In this document: piece by piece, positions 42,538-51,056 of the stretch
Layout: every line of letters begins with the position of its first letter
How positions within the stretch are numbered: the first letter of the stretch is position 1
Assembly: GCA_040007635.1 (NCBI GenBank)
Contig: JBDTUR010000002.1
Coordinates: forward strand, 1 to 59,193
Source of the DNA: Chloroflexota bacterium
GTDB taxonomy: Bacteria > Chloroflexota > Limnocylindria > Limnocylindrales > CSP1-4
DNA: 59,193 bases
Direction: 5' to 3'
Program-made: the position numbers and the translations under genes
Notes under the pieces: model-generated
The model's database searches: none
What the model saw: only the letters and a program-made list of their open reading frames with translations
What the model was told of the DNA's origin: nothing

Positions 42538-45294
42538 CTAGTAGTGCTCCGCGGCCGCACGGGCGAGCTCGATGTTCACAGCGTCCGTGTCCGGATTGAA
42601 GACGTCCACGTACTGCATGTCGATCAGCGTGTCACCCACCACCGCGGTTATGTTGATGCCGGGGTCAAGGACGGCTTCGTCGCCGACGCCGGCAACCGGC
42701 TGGAGGCCGGGCCAGGTCACCAGGTACTCGTCGTAGGCGGCGCGGCCGCCGGGTGACTGGACGTTGAGATAGATCTCCGCGAAGTTGTCCAGGCCGCCGG
42801 TTTCGAGCGTCCAGTAGCAACCCGCTGTGTAGGTGCCGCTGCTGGGAATCCCAGGCTGCCTGTTCAGCACCACCAAGCCGGTGATCACCAGGATCTGCTC
42901 GTCGCTCAGCGTCCCGCACGCGTCCTCGCCGGGCAGCGGCTCTGGCGTCGCCGGTGGCTCGAAGGCCTGCGGCCCAAGCGCCTGTTCGGTCTGCTCGTAA
43001 GCGCCCACGAACCCGTCATCACCGGTGACTGCTACGTCAAAGGCGCACTGCTCCAGCAGCGCTGGCGCCGTGATGCTGGCGCATGCCGAGCGACCGGCCT
43101 GCTGCTGCGCCGCAGGCAGCTCTCTGAAGCTGTGGGGCGAGCCCGGCTCGGGTATCGACGGGTCGCGGAACGTGACAGAACTCTCGCCCGCCTCGTAGTC
43201 GAAAAGCGATATCTGCGGCGTGACTTCCCACGCAGGCGCGAGCGTGCCGTAGACAGCAGCGGCATAGTCGGCACCAAGCTCCACGGCCGATCCATCGGGC
43301 ATGGCCGGCAACGAACTTCCATCCGGCACCGGTCCCAGGAGGCCTGAACCGCTCGAGAGCAGGTCGTCAGCTGGATCGACGATCACGTTGAGACCCCACG
43401 GGCCGATGCCCATGATCCAGACGATCGCCCCGTCAATCGCCCGGAGCTCGAGGCCGTTGGGAATCGCCTTGATGGACAGCCCGCCCGCGGTTGTTGGCTC
43501 CGCCATGGGCACCTCGGCGCCGTTGACCAGCAGCCGCGTCCCGGTGGTCGTGACATAGACCGCCGCCCTGTCACCGCCCAGCCCAACGGCGACCGCGGAG
43601 TTGAACGACACTCTCTTCGAGCTGCGCCACGCTTTCTGCCGGACCTGGAGCTGGAAGTGTGAGTCGGCACTGCGCAACAGGGTGAACTCGCCCACCGCCT
43701 GGAAGTCGTAGGCGTGGCCGTCGACGGTGATCAGGTGCGGGTCGCCGTTGCTGGCGCCGCAGCCCTTCTTGCACCACTCGACCGGCTCCTCGTCGCAGAA
43801 GTTGCCCAGGTTGTAGCCGACGAGGGTCGCGCTGACGCTCGTGTCGTGTCCGGTCACACCAATCTGGAGCACGGTGTCGAACGACACGTTCCAGAAATCG
43901 CCGCTGTAGCCCGGGCAGACGCAGCCGCCGGGCACGGTGCAGAAGGGCCTGCTCGCAGCTACCTCCAGCGTTTGCTCGCCCACCTCTGAGAGCACGAGGC
44001 CGTAGCCACCGGCGGTCTCGATCTCCACCACGTCTGCACGCAGCGCCGAGCTCAGGTCATTCGCCGCGTAGGGATCTGCGGACACGTTCTCAGCTGTTCC
44101 CGGCGTGATCGGCACGAACGGGATCGAGAAGTACGGCGCGCTGACGTTCAGGCCCGCGCCGACGTAGCGCCAGTGCTCATGGGTCGCGAACGGATCCATG
44201 AAGTAGCGGCTGCCCCAGGTGTTCAGGAACCACTCCCCGCCCACGCCGCTCAGCACCTGGTACGCGGGCTCCGTGCCGCCGCGCGCGGCCTGCAGTATGT
44301 CGTCCATCGCTTCCCATGGGTCGACGCCCGTGTCCTGCAACAGGAAGAAGATCCCGAACGCGTCGTACGAGCGGGCGTAGAGCGGAAACGGTGGGTTCTT
44401 GAGCCACGATTGCCAGCGGGCCACGGCCCAGTGGGACTTGCCGTCCGACAGGACCGTCCCTGCCCACTCGGCGGCTCCCTCCTTCACCCAGGGCGGCATC
44501 TTGGCGCGGTCGGCGAGCGCGCTCAGGTCCTGGTCGAAGCAGTGGAACATCTCGTGCGCGATCACCTCGCGCGCGTCAGCACCCGTATACGAGAGCGCGT
44601 CGGGGTGGATGTAGATCGTGCACTTGACCGACTTGCCCTTGAACTCGCCGTTAGCGTCCTGGCCGGCCACCCAGGCATCTGCGTGCCACTCGTCCGCCCC
44701 CACTTCGATCAGCGATTCCAGCGGTGCGGTCTTGAGTTCCGCCTCCAGCTCGCGGCCCAGGTGCGCGCTGATGATCGAGCGCAATTCCGCGGCGAGCGAC
44801 TTCCAATCCGTAGGCAGGGCCGCCGGCGGCGCGGGCCTCGCGGCCGGTGGCGCGGCAACGGCAGCAATTACCGCGGGAGCCCGGGCTGCCGTGGGCGGCT
44901 CACCGCGGATCAGCTTGTCGGCGAAGGCCTGCTGCTCGGCGGTCAGGGTGTCCCAGAAGTGGTGAATCCACATGACGGCGAGCGTCCCGTCGTGCAGCCT
45001 GGTGATCTCACCCGGCGGCGCGCTGGTGCCGGGCAGCGGCGTGAAGGCGATCGCGAAGGCATCGAGCGCGGCCTGCCGATCTGCCTCGCCGGCAGCGCCG
45101 ACCCGGGCCATGAGCCGCTGCCAAGCGGTCGCGTCCGGGGGGAGCGCCGGCTCAGGGAAGAGTGGACCGGGCGGCTGGGTGGGCGTTGGTGACGGTGTCA
45201 GGGACGGGCTCGAACTACAGCCAGCCATGAGTAGTGTCGCGATGACGAGTGGCCACAGCCTGCGGCTTGATCCGTGGTGCCTGGGAGCACTCAT
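42538..45294 (-). CDS. Lipoprotein with a gluzincin-like HExxH peptidase domain and a von Willebrand factor type D (VWD) domain (918 aa)
   Basis: The signal peptide and lipobox read LWPLVIATLLMAGCSS. VIAHEMFHCF, followed about 20 residues later by PPWVKEGAAEW, fits an HExxH...E arrangement. The VWD signature is CGASNGDPHLITVDGHAYDFQAVGEFTLL. It is paralogous to the ORF at 51057-54650. Confidence 0.8.
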   Translation of the reverse strand: MSAPRHHGSSRRLWPLVIATLLMAGCSSSPSLTPSPTPTQPPGPLFPEPALPPDATAWQRLMARVGAAGEADRQAALDAFAIAFTPLPGTSAPPGEITRLHDGTLAVMWIHHFWDTLTAEQQAFADKLIRGEPPTAARAPAVIAAVAAPPAARPAPPAALPTDWKSLAAELRSIISAHLGRELEAELKTAPLESLIEVGADEWHADAWVAGQDANGEFKGKSVKCTIYIHPDALSYTGADAREVIAHEMFHCFDQDLSALADRAKMPPWVKEGAAEWAGTVLSDGKSHWAVARWQSWLKNPPFPLYARSYDAFGIFFLLQDTGVDPWEAMDDILQAARGGTEPAYQVLSGVGGEWFLNTWGSRYFMDPFATHEHWRYVGAGLNVSAPYFSIPFVPITPGTAENVSADPYAANDLSSALRADVVEIETAGGYGLVLSEVGEQTLEVAASRPFCTVPGGCVCPGYSGDFWNVSFDTVLQIGVTGHDTSVSATLVGYNLGNFCDEEPVEWCKKGCGASNGDPHLITVDGHAYDFQAVGEFTLLRSADSHFQLQVRQKAWRSSKRVSFNSAVAVGLGGDRAAVYVTTTGTRLLVNGAEVPMAEPTTAGGLSIKAIPNGLELRAIDGAIVWIMGIGPWGLNVIVDPADDLLSSGSGLLGPVPDGSSLPAMPDGSAVELGADYAAAVYGTLAPAWEVTPQISLFDYEAGESSVTFRDPSIPEPGSPHSFRELPAAQQQAGRSACASITAPALLEQCAFDVAVTGDDGFVGAYEQTEQALGPQAFEPPATPEPLPGEDACGTLSDEQILVITGLVVLNRQPGIPSSGTYTAGCYWTLETGGLDNFAEIYLNVQSPGGRAAYDEYLVTWPGLQPVAGVGDEAVLDPGINITAVVGDTLIDMQYVDVFNPDTDAVNIELARAAAEHY

Positions 45295-45438
45295 GGGTGG
45301 ACCTCAAACGAACGACAGCGACTCGATCTTAGTCCCCGGCGCCAAGCGGACTTCCCCAAGCTCTTGGGATCGAGCCCCGGGGCCGCTGAAGACGGTTCGC
45401 GCGCGCATACGTAGCGTGCGGTGGCCTACGGCCACAAC

Positions 45439-45469
45439 TTGACAGTAGGACGCGACACTGTCATGATAG
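45439..45469 (+). promoter_or_regulatory. Candidate MerR-type promoter: TTGACA, an internal palindrome GACAGT-N10-ACTGTC, then a CATGAT/TGATAG -10-like element, feeding a probably leaderless merR-family mRNA
   Basis: TTGACA lies at 45439-45444, the palindrome arms at 45441-45446 and 45457-45462, and the -10-like hexamers at 45462-45469. The ATG at 45474 has no Shine-Dalgarno sequence. Confidence 0.4.
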
Positions 45470-45473
45470 CGGC

Positions 45474-46013
45474 ATGCCGGAGTACTCCCTCAATGAGCTC
45501 GCCGCCCTCGCTGATGTGACGCCGCGGACCATCCGCTTCTACATCGAGCAAGGGCTGTTGCCTGCCCCCGCGTCGCTCGGCCCCAAGAGCCGGTACACGG
45601 ATGAGCACCTCGAGCGATTGCTGGCGATCAAGAAGTTCCAGGCCGGTCACCTGCCGCTCGCGGAGATCCGCGCGCAACTGCGCGGCATGCCAAACGAGGC
45701 CGTCGCAGAGCTGGCCGTCCAGAGTCCGCCTCCCCCGTCCCAGTCGGCCGTCGACTACATCCGCGGCGTGCTGGGCGACCGCGTCGCACCGGCACCAGCG
45801 GCCCAGTCGGTGCCTTCGCCAGCCGCTGCCGCGCCAGCCACTACCCCACCACAAATGCCACAGACCACGGAACCCGACCGCTCCCAGTGGGACCGGGTCC
45901 AGATCAATCCAGACATTGAGCTCCATGTCCGCCGTCCGCTGACGCGTGGTGACAACAAGCGTGTTTCCCGGCTCATCGAGTACGCGCGCCAACTCTTCGA
46001 GGAGGACCTGTAA
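45474..46013 (+). CDS. MerR-family transcriptional regulator
   Basis: YSLNELAALADVTPRTIRFYIEQGLLP is a MerR HTH. It is followed by a Pro/Ala-rich linker and a conserved C-terminal segment. Confidence 0.85.
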   Translation: MPEYSLNELAALADVTPRTIRFYIEQGLLPAPASLGPKSRYTDEHLERLLAIKKFQAGHLPLAEIRAQLRGMPNEAVAELAVQSPPPPSQSAVDYIRGVLGDRVAPAPAAQSVPSPAAAAPATTPPQMPQTTEPDRSQWDRVQINPDIELHVRRPLTRGDNKRVSRLIEYARQLFEEDL

Positions 46014-47287
46014 TGCCCTGTAGAACGATCAACCTGCGCGCCAAGTCCGATCGGCGCTTCATCCGCTCCGCCTACCGCAGCAACCGCTTCGTCCTGGCCG
46101 AGCTCACCGCGCCGCACATGCACACCGACGCCAACGCCCCCCAGCGCAAGCGTCCGCCCGTCAACCTCGCCTTCGTGCTCGATCGGTCGGGCTCCATGGC
46201 CGGTCAGAAGATCGCTTTGGCCAAGCAGGCGGTGGAGCAGTCGATCGCGCGGCTCCAGGCTGACGATAGGTTCGCGGTGGTGGTCTACGACGACCAGATC
46301 GACGTCGTCATCCGCTCCACCCTGGCCAGTTCGGAGGCCAAGCGCGATGCCCTGGCGCTCCTCTCGCGCATCGAAGCCCGCAACGCGACCAACCTGGGCG
46401 AAGGCTGGCTGCGCGGCGCCGAGCAGGTTGCCCAGGACCTGATGCCTGAGGGCATCAACCGCGTCCTGCTGCTTACGGACGGCCTGGCCAACAAGGGCAT
46501 CACCAGCCGCGACGAGCTGGCCCGCCACGCTTCCGAGCTCCGGACGAGGGGCGTTCAGACCACCACCTTTGGCGTGGGCACCGACTTTGACGAGGTGCTC
46601 CTCACCGCCATGTCGAATGCCGGCGGTGGGAACTTCTACTACATCGCGGACGGTCGGCAGATCGTCGACTACATCACCAGCGAGGTGGGCGAGGCGCTTG
46701 ATGTCGTCGCACGTGATGTGACGCTCAACGTGGTCACGCCGCGCGGTGTGACGGTGGAGTCGCTCTCGCCCTTCCCGTTCTCGTCGAGCGTCCCGGGGCG
46801 CACCGCCGTGTCGATCGGTTCGCTCGTCGCCGAGCAGGTGGTCCAGGTCGTGCTGCGGCTGAACTTCCCGCTGGGCGAATTGGGCCGCGACACGGGCGCG
46901 GTGCTGTCCGTGGGCGAGGACGCGTCGGCGTCGCTCTCTTGGACGTATGCCGACGACGATCTGAATGACGCCCAAGAGCGCGATGCGGAGGTCGACCGCG
47001 CGGTTGCTTCGCTCTTTGCAGGCCGCGCCAGGCAGGAGGCCACTGCGCTCAACCGCGCTGGCGACTACCGCGCGGCGCAGGCCGCGTTGGCGAGCGTCGC
47101 GAGGAGGATCGGCTCATACGCCGGCCGCGACAAGGAGATGCGCGCCCTCATCGCCCAGCTCGAGCAGGATTCGATGGTCCTCACCGCGCCAATGGCCGAG
47201 CTCAGCCGCAAGGAGATGTACTTCAGGCAATACGCCTCGATGAAGTCGCGCGACCTGGAGGGCAGGGCGCAGCGCCGGAAGCCGTAA
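46013..47287 (+). CDS. von Willebrand factor type A (vWA) domain protein
   Basis: The MIDAS motif is NLAFVLDRSGSMAG; LLLTDGLANKG is also present. It overlaps the merR-family gene stop by 1 nt (TAATG). Confidence 0.85.
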   Translation: MPCRTINLRAKSDRRFIRSAYRSNRFVLAELTAPHMHTDANAPQRKRPPVNLAFVLDRSGSMAGQKIALAKQAVEQSIARLQADDRFAVVVYDDQIDVVIRSTLASSEAKRDALALLSRIEARNATNLGEGWLRGAEQVAQDLMPEGINRVLLLTDGLANKGITSRDELARHASELRTRGVQTTTFGVGTDFDEVLLTAMSNAGGGNFYYIADGRQIVDYITSEVGEALDVVARDVTLNVVTPRGVTVESLSPFPFSSSVPGRTAVSIGSLVAEQVVQVVLRLNFPLGELGRDTGAVLSVGEDASASLSWTYADDDLNDAQERDAEVDRAVASLFAGRARQEATALNRAGDYRAAQAALASVARRIGSYAGRDKEMRALIAQLEQDSMVLTAPMAELSRKEMYFRQYASMKSRDLEGRAQRRKP

Positions 47288-47289
47288 GT

Positions 47290-47685
47290 TCACCGCGCTC
47301 GCGAATGCGTGGCGACCCATGCGGCGAGCTCACTCTCCGATAGGTCGCCGGCCGCTAGAGCGAGCATGACGCCAGCTGCTTCTGCATTGCTTGCCGTCAG
47401 AACGTGCCCGTTGCGCTCCAAGAAGGCAACCATGGCGATAAGAGCGATGCGCTTGTTGCCATCGATGTAGGGATGGTTTGCGCTGAGGCCGTAGGCATAC
47501 GTCGAGGCTAGGTCCGTGACGCTCGCTGTCTCGTCGTAATGCCAGCGTTGCATCGGGCGGGCCAATGCGGACTCAAGCGCGTTTTCATCGCGCAGGCCAT
47601 AGGCGCCACCGTGTTCGCGAATCTGGCGGAAGTGGGCCTCGTCGATGACCAACCGCCCGAGCCAGCGTGGCTCGGGCCGCTTCAT
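47290..47685 (-). CDS. doc: Doc (death-on-curing) Fic-fold toxin
   Basis: YGLRDENALESALARP and the Doc-type Fic motif NHPYIDGNKRIAL are present. Confidence 0.85.
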   Translation of the reverse strand: MKRPEPRWLGRLVIDEAHFRQIREHGGAYGLRDENALESALARPMQRWHYDETASVTDLASTYAYGLSANHPYIDGNKRIALIAMVAFLERNGHVLTASNAEAAGVMLALAAGDLSESELAAWVATHSRAR

Positions 47686-47909
47686 TTGGAGAGTTCGCGC
47701 AGTGCCGCGCGATATTGCTTCGCGGCCGCGCGCGTCGCCGCGAGATCGGCCGCGAGTTCTTCGTCGTAGGGCGTGAGCAGGATGCCCTGTTCCGTTTCGA
47801 TAGCCAGGACCTTGTCGCCGGCGGCCAGGTCAAGCCGATCGACCATCTCCTTGGGCAGCGTCGTCCCGACCGATCCGCCCACTTTCCGCAGCGTGATTGC
47901 TTTCGCCAT
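47682..47909 (-). CDS. AbrB/MazE-fold antitoxin partnered with Doc
   Basis: MAKAITLRKVGGSVGTTLPKEMVDRLDL. It overlaps doc by 4 nt. Confidence 0.78.
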   Translation of the reverse strand: MAKAITLRKVGGSVGTTLPKEMVDRLDLAAGDKVLAIETEQGILLTPYDEELAADLAATRAAAKQYRAALRELSK

Positions 47910-47985
47910 GCGACGCACAGTAGCATAAATGTGCTACTCAGGGCGTCGTGGCGGTGAGTTGCCGACGGTCCTACAGTCGCTAGCG

Positions 47986-48174
47986 ATGACTGACTTTGAA
48001 GAGGCCCAGCCGCTGTTCTGCCTTATCTGCGGCCGGGAGCTCGTCGGTGAGCCGGACGATCAGCCTGACTGGCCAGGTGGCAGCATGTGCGGCGACTGCT
48101 ACCAGGCGCGCGAAACCGACAACGACATATGGGCCAGCGAGCTCACTGACGACGACGATGCCGACAATCTTTGA
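47986..48174 (+). CDS. Small (62-aa) CxxC...CxxC zinc-ribbon-like protein with an acidic tail, copy 2
   Basis: The translation is MTDFEEAQPLFCLICGRELVGEPDDQPDWPGGSMCGDCYQARETDNDIWASELTDDDDADNL*. It is paralogous to 40797-40958. Confidence 0.6.
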   Translation: MTDFEEAQPLFCLICGRELVGEPDDQPDWPGGSMCGDCYQARETDNDIWASELTDDDDADNL

Positions 48175-48189
48175 GTGTCGTGAGTCGAT

Positions 48190-48915
48190 CTAGCGCCTGA
48201 TGCCCAGGCGGGCGACCAGGTCTACCGCCAGCATCAGCAGCGCGCCTCGAGCCAGCGCCGGCCGGTGCGAGAACCCGGATCCGCCATCGGGAGCGGCGGC
48301 GCCAACAGCCTTCTCCGGTGCCACAGGGACTGCCACGAAATTCGGTGCATACGTTGGGCCGGTTAGTCGGAGCAATTTGGCCTGAGGTGACAAACCCCTC
48401 GGGCGCCTCCTGGCCTTGGTGGCCGAACGCTGGCGAGACGTGCTCGTCGGCTTCTGGGCGGCTGCTTTACGGTCGCGCGCCGTCTGCACCGACACGGCGA
48501 TCGGCGCCTTGTCCGAGGGGGCAGCGGGCACGGACAGCGGCTCGGGCCACGGCAGCTGGGGCCGTGTCAGCTCGGGCCGACCGCCCCACACCGGCACCGT
48601 CACCATGGTCGGTGTGCCGGGCACTTCGATCGCTACGAATGCAACGGCCGACAGGCATGTCCGGCAGGGTGGGTTCAGCTCCGTGGGTGGAGCCAGGGGG
48701 ACCGGTATTGAGCGTCGCCAACGAAACGGCCGGTACCTGCACAGCGCCATCGTGTCGTGGCCCAGGTAGTAGGCGTGCTGCGTAATGCCGCGATGGCGCC
48801 ACGGGTCGTCCGCGTCGTAGCCCATCTTGCGTCGGACGCCCCAGAGAACGTCATACGGGCTGACCCACTGTTCAACCGGTCGTCCTTTGCGCCAAGCCGG
48901 GAGCCGAAATTGCAC
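48190..48915 (-). CDS. Hypothetical protein (241 aa): a Trp/Cys-containing N-terminal domain, a low-complexity basic middle and a hydrophobic C-terminus
   Basis: It is the longest ORF in a region with no better alternative. The N-terminal 90 aa look globular (HAYYLGHDTMALCRY...PPCRTCLS). I recognise no family, and shadow ORFs are common at this GC content. Confidence 0.4.
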   Translation of the reverse strand: MQFRLPAWRKGRPVEQWVSPYDVLWGVRRKMGYDADDPWRHRGITQHAYYLGHDTMALCRYRPFRWRRSIPVPLAPPTELNPPCRTCLSAVAFVAIEVPGTPTMVTVPVWGGRPELTRPQLPWPEPLSVPAAPSDKAPIAVSVQTARDRKAAAQKPTSTSRQRSATKARRRPRGLSPQAKLLRLTGPTYAPNFVAVPVAPEKAVGAAAPDGGSGFSHRPALARGALLMLAVDLVARLGIRR

Positions 48916-49165
48916 GATTCCGTCCTTCTAGTCGGCCCGCCCGCTCCATGTGGGGCGACCGCAACACGTACTTCAGTACTAGTACCTTTGCCGGCTTCGG
49001 CTCGCAACTACCGCAGACCGCACCTTGCCACCCACACCCGGCCCAAGGCGGGAGCCAACAACCGATTCCGGTGGGTCAGCGCACCGCGCGGCCCAGCGCG
49101 AGATTCCAAAAATGGCGCAGCCAGGATTGTCGGCCCGTACGCTTGGATGTATGCTTGGACGTACG

Positions 49166-49453
49166 ATGAAGTCGATCGCTGTTACCGATCTCCGGCAGCG
49201 CACAGCGCAGGTGCTCGAGGAAGTCCGTGCGTCGGAGGAGCCGTACGTAATCCTGCAGCGCTCGCAAAAGGCCGCCTACCTGGTCGATGCGACGACCTAC
49301 GACGCACAGATGGAAGAGCTGCGCCAGGCTCGCCGGCAACTATTCCTGCGCGAAGTCCGCGAGGCGGAGGCTGAGCTCGCGGCAGGTAAGGGGACCGAGT
49401 ACGGGAATGTCGAGGACCTCATTGGGGCACTGGATCGACAAGCGGGCAAATGA
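49166..49453 (+). CDS. Phd/YefM-family antitoxin
   Basis: MKSIAVTDLRQRTAQVLEEVRASEEPYVILQRSQKAAYLV. Upstream lies the symmetric element CGTACG-GCTTGGA-TGTAT-GCTTGGA-CGTACG (49136-49165). It overlaps the toxin gene by 4 nt. Confidence 0.8.
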   Translation: MKSIAVTDLRQRTAQVLEEVRASEEPYVILQRSQKAAYLVDATTYDAQMEELRQARRQLFLREVREAEAELAAGKGTEYGNVEDLIGALDRQAGK

Positions 49454-49704
49454 AGCTCGTCACGTCGCCCCGATTTGAGCGGCGTGCCCGAAAACTCAAA
49501 CCGCCAAAGGACCGCTTCCTGCGGGCCGCCCTGCGGCGCTTCGCGGTTGGTCCTCTCGACCCTTTGTTGCGGACGCACAAGCTGAAGGGCGACCTCGACG
49601 GCTACTGGGCGTTTTCAGTCGACGACGATCTTCGAGTGCTGTTCCGATGGGACGATGAGACCTTCACCCTCATCGGTCTTGGGTCCCACGACGAGATCTA
49701 CTGA
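49450..49704 (+). CDS. RelE/YafQ-type mRNA interferase toxin
   Basis: THKLKGDLDGYWAFSVDDDLRVLFRWDDETFTLIGLGSHDEIY is a typical RelE-superfamily C-terminal pattern. Confidence 0.78.
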   Translation: MKLVTSPRFERRARKLKPPKDRFLRAALRRFAVGPLDPLLRTHKLKGDLDGYWAFSVDDDLRVLFRWDDETFTLIGLGSHDEIY

Positions 49705-49746
49705 AAGGCGGTCAGGCACTTCTAGCCATCTAGATATCTGGATGGT

Positions 49747-50016
49747 ATGGTGGGTCCCATGAAGGTGACCGTCGCATTCGCGAACGATGAGCTCTATCGG
49801 GCTGTGCAAATCCGTGCCGTCCAGTCGGGCCGGCCCATCCGCGACCTGATCGAGGAAGCGCTTGAAATGTGGCTCACGGCCCAAGAGGACAAAGAGGATG
49901 ACCTGGCGGCGGTGGAGGCACTCGCGGAGCCGGGCGATGACATCGACGCCAAGGAGCTATTCCAAAAGTTGGTGGCTGAAGGTCGGGCGCGCTACGGCGA
50001 CGATCGACAAGGCTGA
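49747..50016 (+). CDS. Ribbon-helix-helix-type antitoxin
   Basis: MKVTVAFANDELYRAVQIRAVQSGRPIRDLIEEALEMWL. It ends 6 nt before a RelE/ParE toxin gene. Confidence 0.7.
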   Translation: MVGPMKVTVAFANDELYRAVQIRAVQSGRPIRDLIEEALEMWLTAQEDKEDDLAAVEALAEPGDDIDAKELFQKLVAEGRARYGDDRQG

Positions 50017-50021
50017 AACCT

Positions 50022-50300
50022 ATGACCTATCGGGTCACGTTGCGGCCTGCCGCTGCGCGCGATCTCAGCAGGCAACGGGCTTGGGCACAACTGGCATTGG
50101 AAGGCGCCATCCTGTCGCTCGGAGACGATCCTCGACCGCGTGGGGCCATCAAGCTGAGCGGTTCTTCGGGCGCCTGGCGAGTGCGCGTCACCATCGACGG
50201 GATCCAGTGGCGCCTCGTCTACGAAATCAATGATCCGCAGCAGTCCGTGAGGGTCTTGCGCATCACCCGACGCAACGAGAGCACATACCGAGGTATGTAG
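50022..50300 (+). CDS. RelE/ParE-family toxin
   Basis: IKLSGSSGAWRVRVTIDGIQWRLVYEINDPQQSVRVLRITRRNE. Confidence 0.78.
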   Translation: MTYRVTLRPAAARDLSRQRAWAQLALEGAILSLGDDPRPRGAIKLSGSSGAWRVRVTIDGIQWRLVYEINDPQQSVRVLRITRRNESTYRGM

Positions 50301-50385
50301 GATTGCCCTGCCGCACAACCAAGAGCGCAGCGCCTACTGTCCTTCTCACACCGATCGAGTTCTAATCGGCGCAAGGAGGGGCACC

Positions 50386-50982
50386 ATGTTCGTCCGCAGT
50401 CTGCGAACGTTGGTTGTCGTCGCGATTGTCGGGGCCGCCGCGCTCGCGGCCACGCAGCCGGCCTTGGCCTACGAAACTGGCCACACCGGTACCGTGGGCG
50501 TCCATTCGGTGACAGATACGTCGAGCCATCCGGGTGCGATCGGTCGCTACAAGTACTACAGCTCCGACGGGTTCGGCTGGCTGAATCGGTTCTTCATCAA
50601 CCCGCCGCATATGCGCGCGGTCGCGGGCAAGACCAGCCAGACGGTCGGTTGGCGGTACAAGGTCGAGCGCAGGGATTGTGGCATCAAGAGCTGCGGCCCC
50701 TGGATGCTCCGGTTCACCAGCGTGGAGATGACCGCGGTCACGGACGACGCGCATAACGCGTCATTCAGTCAGGCATCCGTCAGTGTCAATGTCCCGTGCG
50801 GACACGACTGCTACGGATCGGGATCGAAGTACCGCATCACCGTGAAGATGATCTGGCACCGACCCAATGGCAACGTTCAAGGCACCGTGAACAACCGGAT
50901 CTACTGGTATGGCGCACAGATGACGACCGGGGAATACGGCGTCCAGGAGAAAGTTGCGTTCGACAGGTGGTCGGCTAACTGA
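50386..50982 (+). CDS. Secreted hypothetical protein (198 aa)
   Basis: AAGGAGGGG precedes the ATG. The signal peptide reads MFVRSLRTLVVVAIVGAAALAATQPALAYE. The mature part contains Cys pairs. Confidence 0.65.
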   Translation: MFVRSLRTLVVVAIVGAAALAATQPALAYETGHTGTVGVHSVTDTSSHPGAIGRYKYYSSDGFGWLNRFFINPPHMRAVAGKTSQTVGWRYKVERRDCGIKSCGPWMLRFTSVEMTAVTDDAHNASFSQASVSVNVPCGHDCYGSGSKYRITVKMIWHRPNGNVQGTVNNRIYWYGAQMTTGEYGVQEKVAFDRWSAN

Positions 50983-51056
50983 TAAGCCCGCGGCAAGGGT
51001 GGGTGGTTGAGCTCATCCGTTGACGGAGCTCAGGGTTACCATTCGTCGCAGTCCGA

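Noticed and set aside
51008-51032. Hairpin TGAGCTC-N11-GAGCTCA after the 198-aa secreted protein gene, as a terminator
   Set aside because: It has only a 7-bp stem and no U-tract, and it lies within 25-75 nt of the next gene's possible start. It is too weak to call.
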